A stretch of DNA of 64,000 nucleotides, from contig JAMDHS010000023.1 of the NCBI GenBank assembly GCA_029717555.1, forward strand, positions 1 to 64,000, given 5' to 3'. This DNA comes from Peribolospora baueri (Eukaryota). The notes beneath the pieces are model-generated. The model saw only the letters and a program-made list of their open reading frames with translations. It had not been told where the DNA came from and did not search any database. Every line of letters begins with the position of its first letter. Positions within the stretch are counted from its first letter, which is position 1. Position numbers and translations under genes: made by a program. Below are positions 61,450-64,000 of the stretch, piece after piece.

Positions 61450-63534
61450 ATGTCGGCGAGGAGGAATCCTGCCCGTTCGGACCCCTCACGGGCGCCCGAG
61501 GCTCAGCAACCAGCATGGTCAGCTCGGCAACTCATCGCCTTTACCGTTCACGCGCTCACATCGCAGCGCTACGCTGGACCGATCGCGCTGGCGGTCTGGC
61601 TGCTCGACGCAGCTCTGACCTTGGCCATCATTCGATTCGTAGCTTGTGCGTGTTTGCTTCGTCCACCTTGTTTTATGTCAGGCTGTGTAGTCCAGCCACG
61701 AGTTGTCCCAAGAACGAGGCCGAGGTTCGATCAAGGCTGTCCTTTTCTGTTGCCTTGCTCATCCGGTCTCGTTGCCGTCCCCCTTATAGATACAGAGATA
61801 GACTGGCGAACGTACATGCAACAAGTGAAACTCTTCCTTGATGGCGAGCGGGACTACGTGAAGATCAAAGGCAGTACGGGACCCGTTGTGTGCGTCCCCG
61901 TAGCTGTTGCCTCAATCCACGCTCGAACACTCATACCTCCCCACTTGGCTTTCTCCGAGGAAACAGTTACCCAGCAGGCTTCATTTACGTTTACAGTCTC
62001 TTCTACCGCCTCACCGACCAAGGCCGCGACCTTAGGCTGGGACAGTACATTTTTGCTGGCGTCTACCTCCTCACACTTGCGCTCGTCCTTGACACCTACA
62101 GGAGATGCAGGAGTGTGAGTCTGCCCTTGCTTTCCGCCTTGCAGGCCGTGTGCGAAGCGAGACATGTTATGAGTATGTCCCCGTAGTCAAGCTGCTTAGC
62201 TGAACACGCGCCCACCCTTCTCGTGCGTCACAGGTGCCGCCACTCGCCTATCCGTTACTTTCCCTCTCCAAGCGTCTCCATTCCATCTACGTTCTCCGCT
62301 TGTTTAACGACCCTGTCGCCATGCTCTTCTTTTATCTCTCCACATGGCTTCTTGTCCAGAGGAGGTGGAATTCCGCGAGCGTCTTCTTCAGGTCAGCTCC
62401 CTAGCATTGGACTTTGGAAGACTCATTTGACTATTCGCCTTCGCTCATTCGTTTACACAATTCTTTCCAAACACATCTTTCCAAACAGCCTGGCGCTGAG
62501 CATCAAAATGAACATCCTATTGTTCGCGCCCGCCTTCGGGCTAATTATTTTCAAGGCTTTGGGATTTGGCGGTGCAATGGCCAACGCAGCTACTGTGCTT
62601 CTATTGCAGGTTAGAAGGCTGTTCCTTCATCGCTGAGGATTATTTCACCAATGAATGTAAGGCATGAATGCACGGTTGGCTTACCTAGTCCACCGCTCAC
62701 GCTCTCTCCGACAGCTCCTCCTTTCTCTACCTTTCATTGTACGAAACCCCCACTCCTACCTCCACAAAGCATTCGACCTCTCACGCGTCTTCCTGTACAA
62801 ATGGACCGTCAACTGGCGCTTCCTCCCCGAAGACGTCTTCCTCTCTCGCAAGCTCGCCATCGGTCTGCTAGTCGGTCATTTGTTGACGCTCGTCGTATTT
62901 GCCGCGATGCGGTGGGTTCGTAAGGAGGAACGCGGAATTGCGACGCTTGTCCGTCGTGGGTGGAGGAAGGGCATCGAGGCCAAGACAAGTCGGATGTCGG
63001 CTGATCGTGAGCATTCCAGTTGCTCTACCTCTACATGGACGAAAAGCTGCCACTCACCCACACTCCGCGTCTGTCTGGTTCTCACCACTCGCGCCGCAGA
63101 TATGATGACCCTCCTCTTCACGAGCAACCTGATAGGTGTGCTCTTCTCGCGGTCGTTGCATTACCAATTTTACTCCTGGTACGCCCACCAAATCGTCTTC
63201 CTCCTTTGGCATACTCGGTATCCATCCGTTTTAAGGTGCGCTCCAAGCTTCCCTCTTTTTACGTGGGTACTGTGTGTTCCATGAGGTCACTCAAGTTCAA
63301 TGCCCTTTTTCCATCCCCTCGTGCCTCCAATCCAGGCTCGCCCTCTTTTTTGCGATAGAATACGCTTGGAACGTCTTCCCTTCTACCAGCCCTTCCTCCG
63401 GCATCCTGCTAGCCGCCCACGTCCTCATGGTGACAGGCATCTTCTTCGGGTATTCGAACAGCGTCGGACGAAAGGCCAAGGGTGGCGTGAGCGAAGGAAG
63501 GGAAGTGGACCGAGGACGGGAGAAGGACGCATGA
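61450..63534 (+). CDS. ALG3: Dol-P-Man:Man5GlcNAc2-PP-Dol alpha-1,3-mannosyltransferase, multi-exon
   Basis: [81 protein letters not shown]. Confidence 0.95.
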
Positions 63535-64000
63535 AGCTCGTTGCGCGAAGATGAAAACCCGATCCGTCCTTGCGTCCAGCGTCCGGGGAAGGGCTTTTTG
63601 GAGAGACCGGCGAACAGAACGGACAAATATTATACACGCTGGAGAGGCTTGGATAAAAAAACGCGAAAACACCACAATATGCCAAAGTCACGCATATGGA
63701 AACGCAGGGGGGCCTTTTATCCACCTTCAAGGGAGCGATGCAGCAATCGGTCGCGAGGCGAACAACGATCGCCATTCGTTCAATCTGTTTATAGTCTATA
63801 CACAGGGCCTTGAAGGCCTAAAGAGACTGTGGACGAAGGAAAATCGTGGGAGAGAGGGGACTGCAGCGCAGCAGCGATGGAGGTGACGACCACCATCTCC
63901 TCCGAGCCGACCATAAGGTGCAGTCGTTCTTTTTACCCGCTCTCATTCAGATTCGATACATCGTATGTCCCCCAGGGCTGCCTCTAACCCCCGCCCAGAG

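Noticed and set aside
63870..64000. Possible end or start of another gene at the window edge
   Set aside because: Too short to assign a frame or product.

Overview
This is eukaryotic, GC-rich, very intron-rich fungal DNA, most consistent with a basidiomycete; donors are mostly GTGAGY and branch points are CTRAC/CTAAC. I reconstructed 17 protein-coding genes by manual splicing. In order they are: a 5'-partial Ser-rich GPI-anchored protein, NoxR, an intradiol dioxygenase, an M19 membrane dipeptidase, prefoldin 4, a family III CoA-transferase, mitochondrial bS6m/MRP17, alkaline ceramidase, ERD2, SNF5, SERINC/TMS1, DRS2, GLC3, an intronless 4-RRM Nrd1/Mrn1-like gene, GYP1, USO1, dynactin p150 and ALG3 (18 counting the partial gene). 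I found no tRNA, rRNA, CRISPR array or intact transposon. The window is mostly housekeeping genes, and I cannot demonstrate a new biological system from sequence alone. The best leads are: (i) a head-to-head GYP1/USO1 pair (Ypt1 GAP and Ypt1 effector) with a triple CACGTG box, in a neighbourhood rich in ER-Golgi and lipid genes; (ii) a possible unannotated spliced minus-strand transcript between NoxR and the dioxygenase; (iii) a KDEL-like RTDL tail on the dipeptidase; (iv) a CoA-transferase lacking the canonical catalytic Asp; (v) a 4x21-bp AT-rich array upstream of NoxR. CDS coordinates are gene spans from start to stop, introns included.
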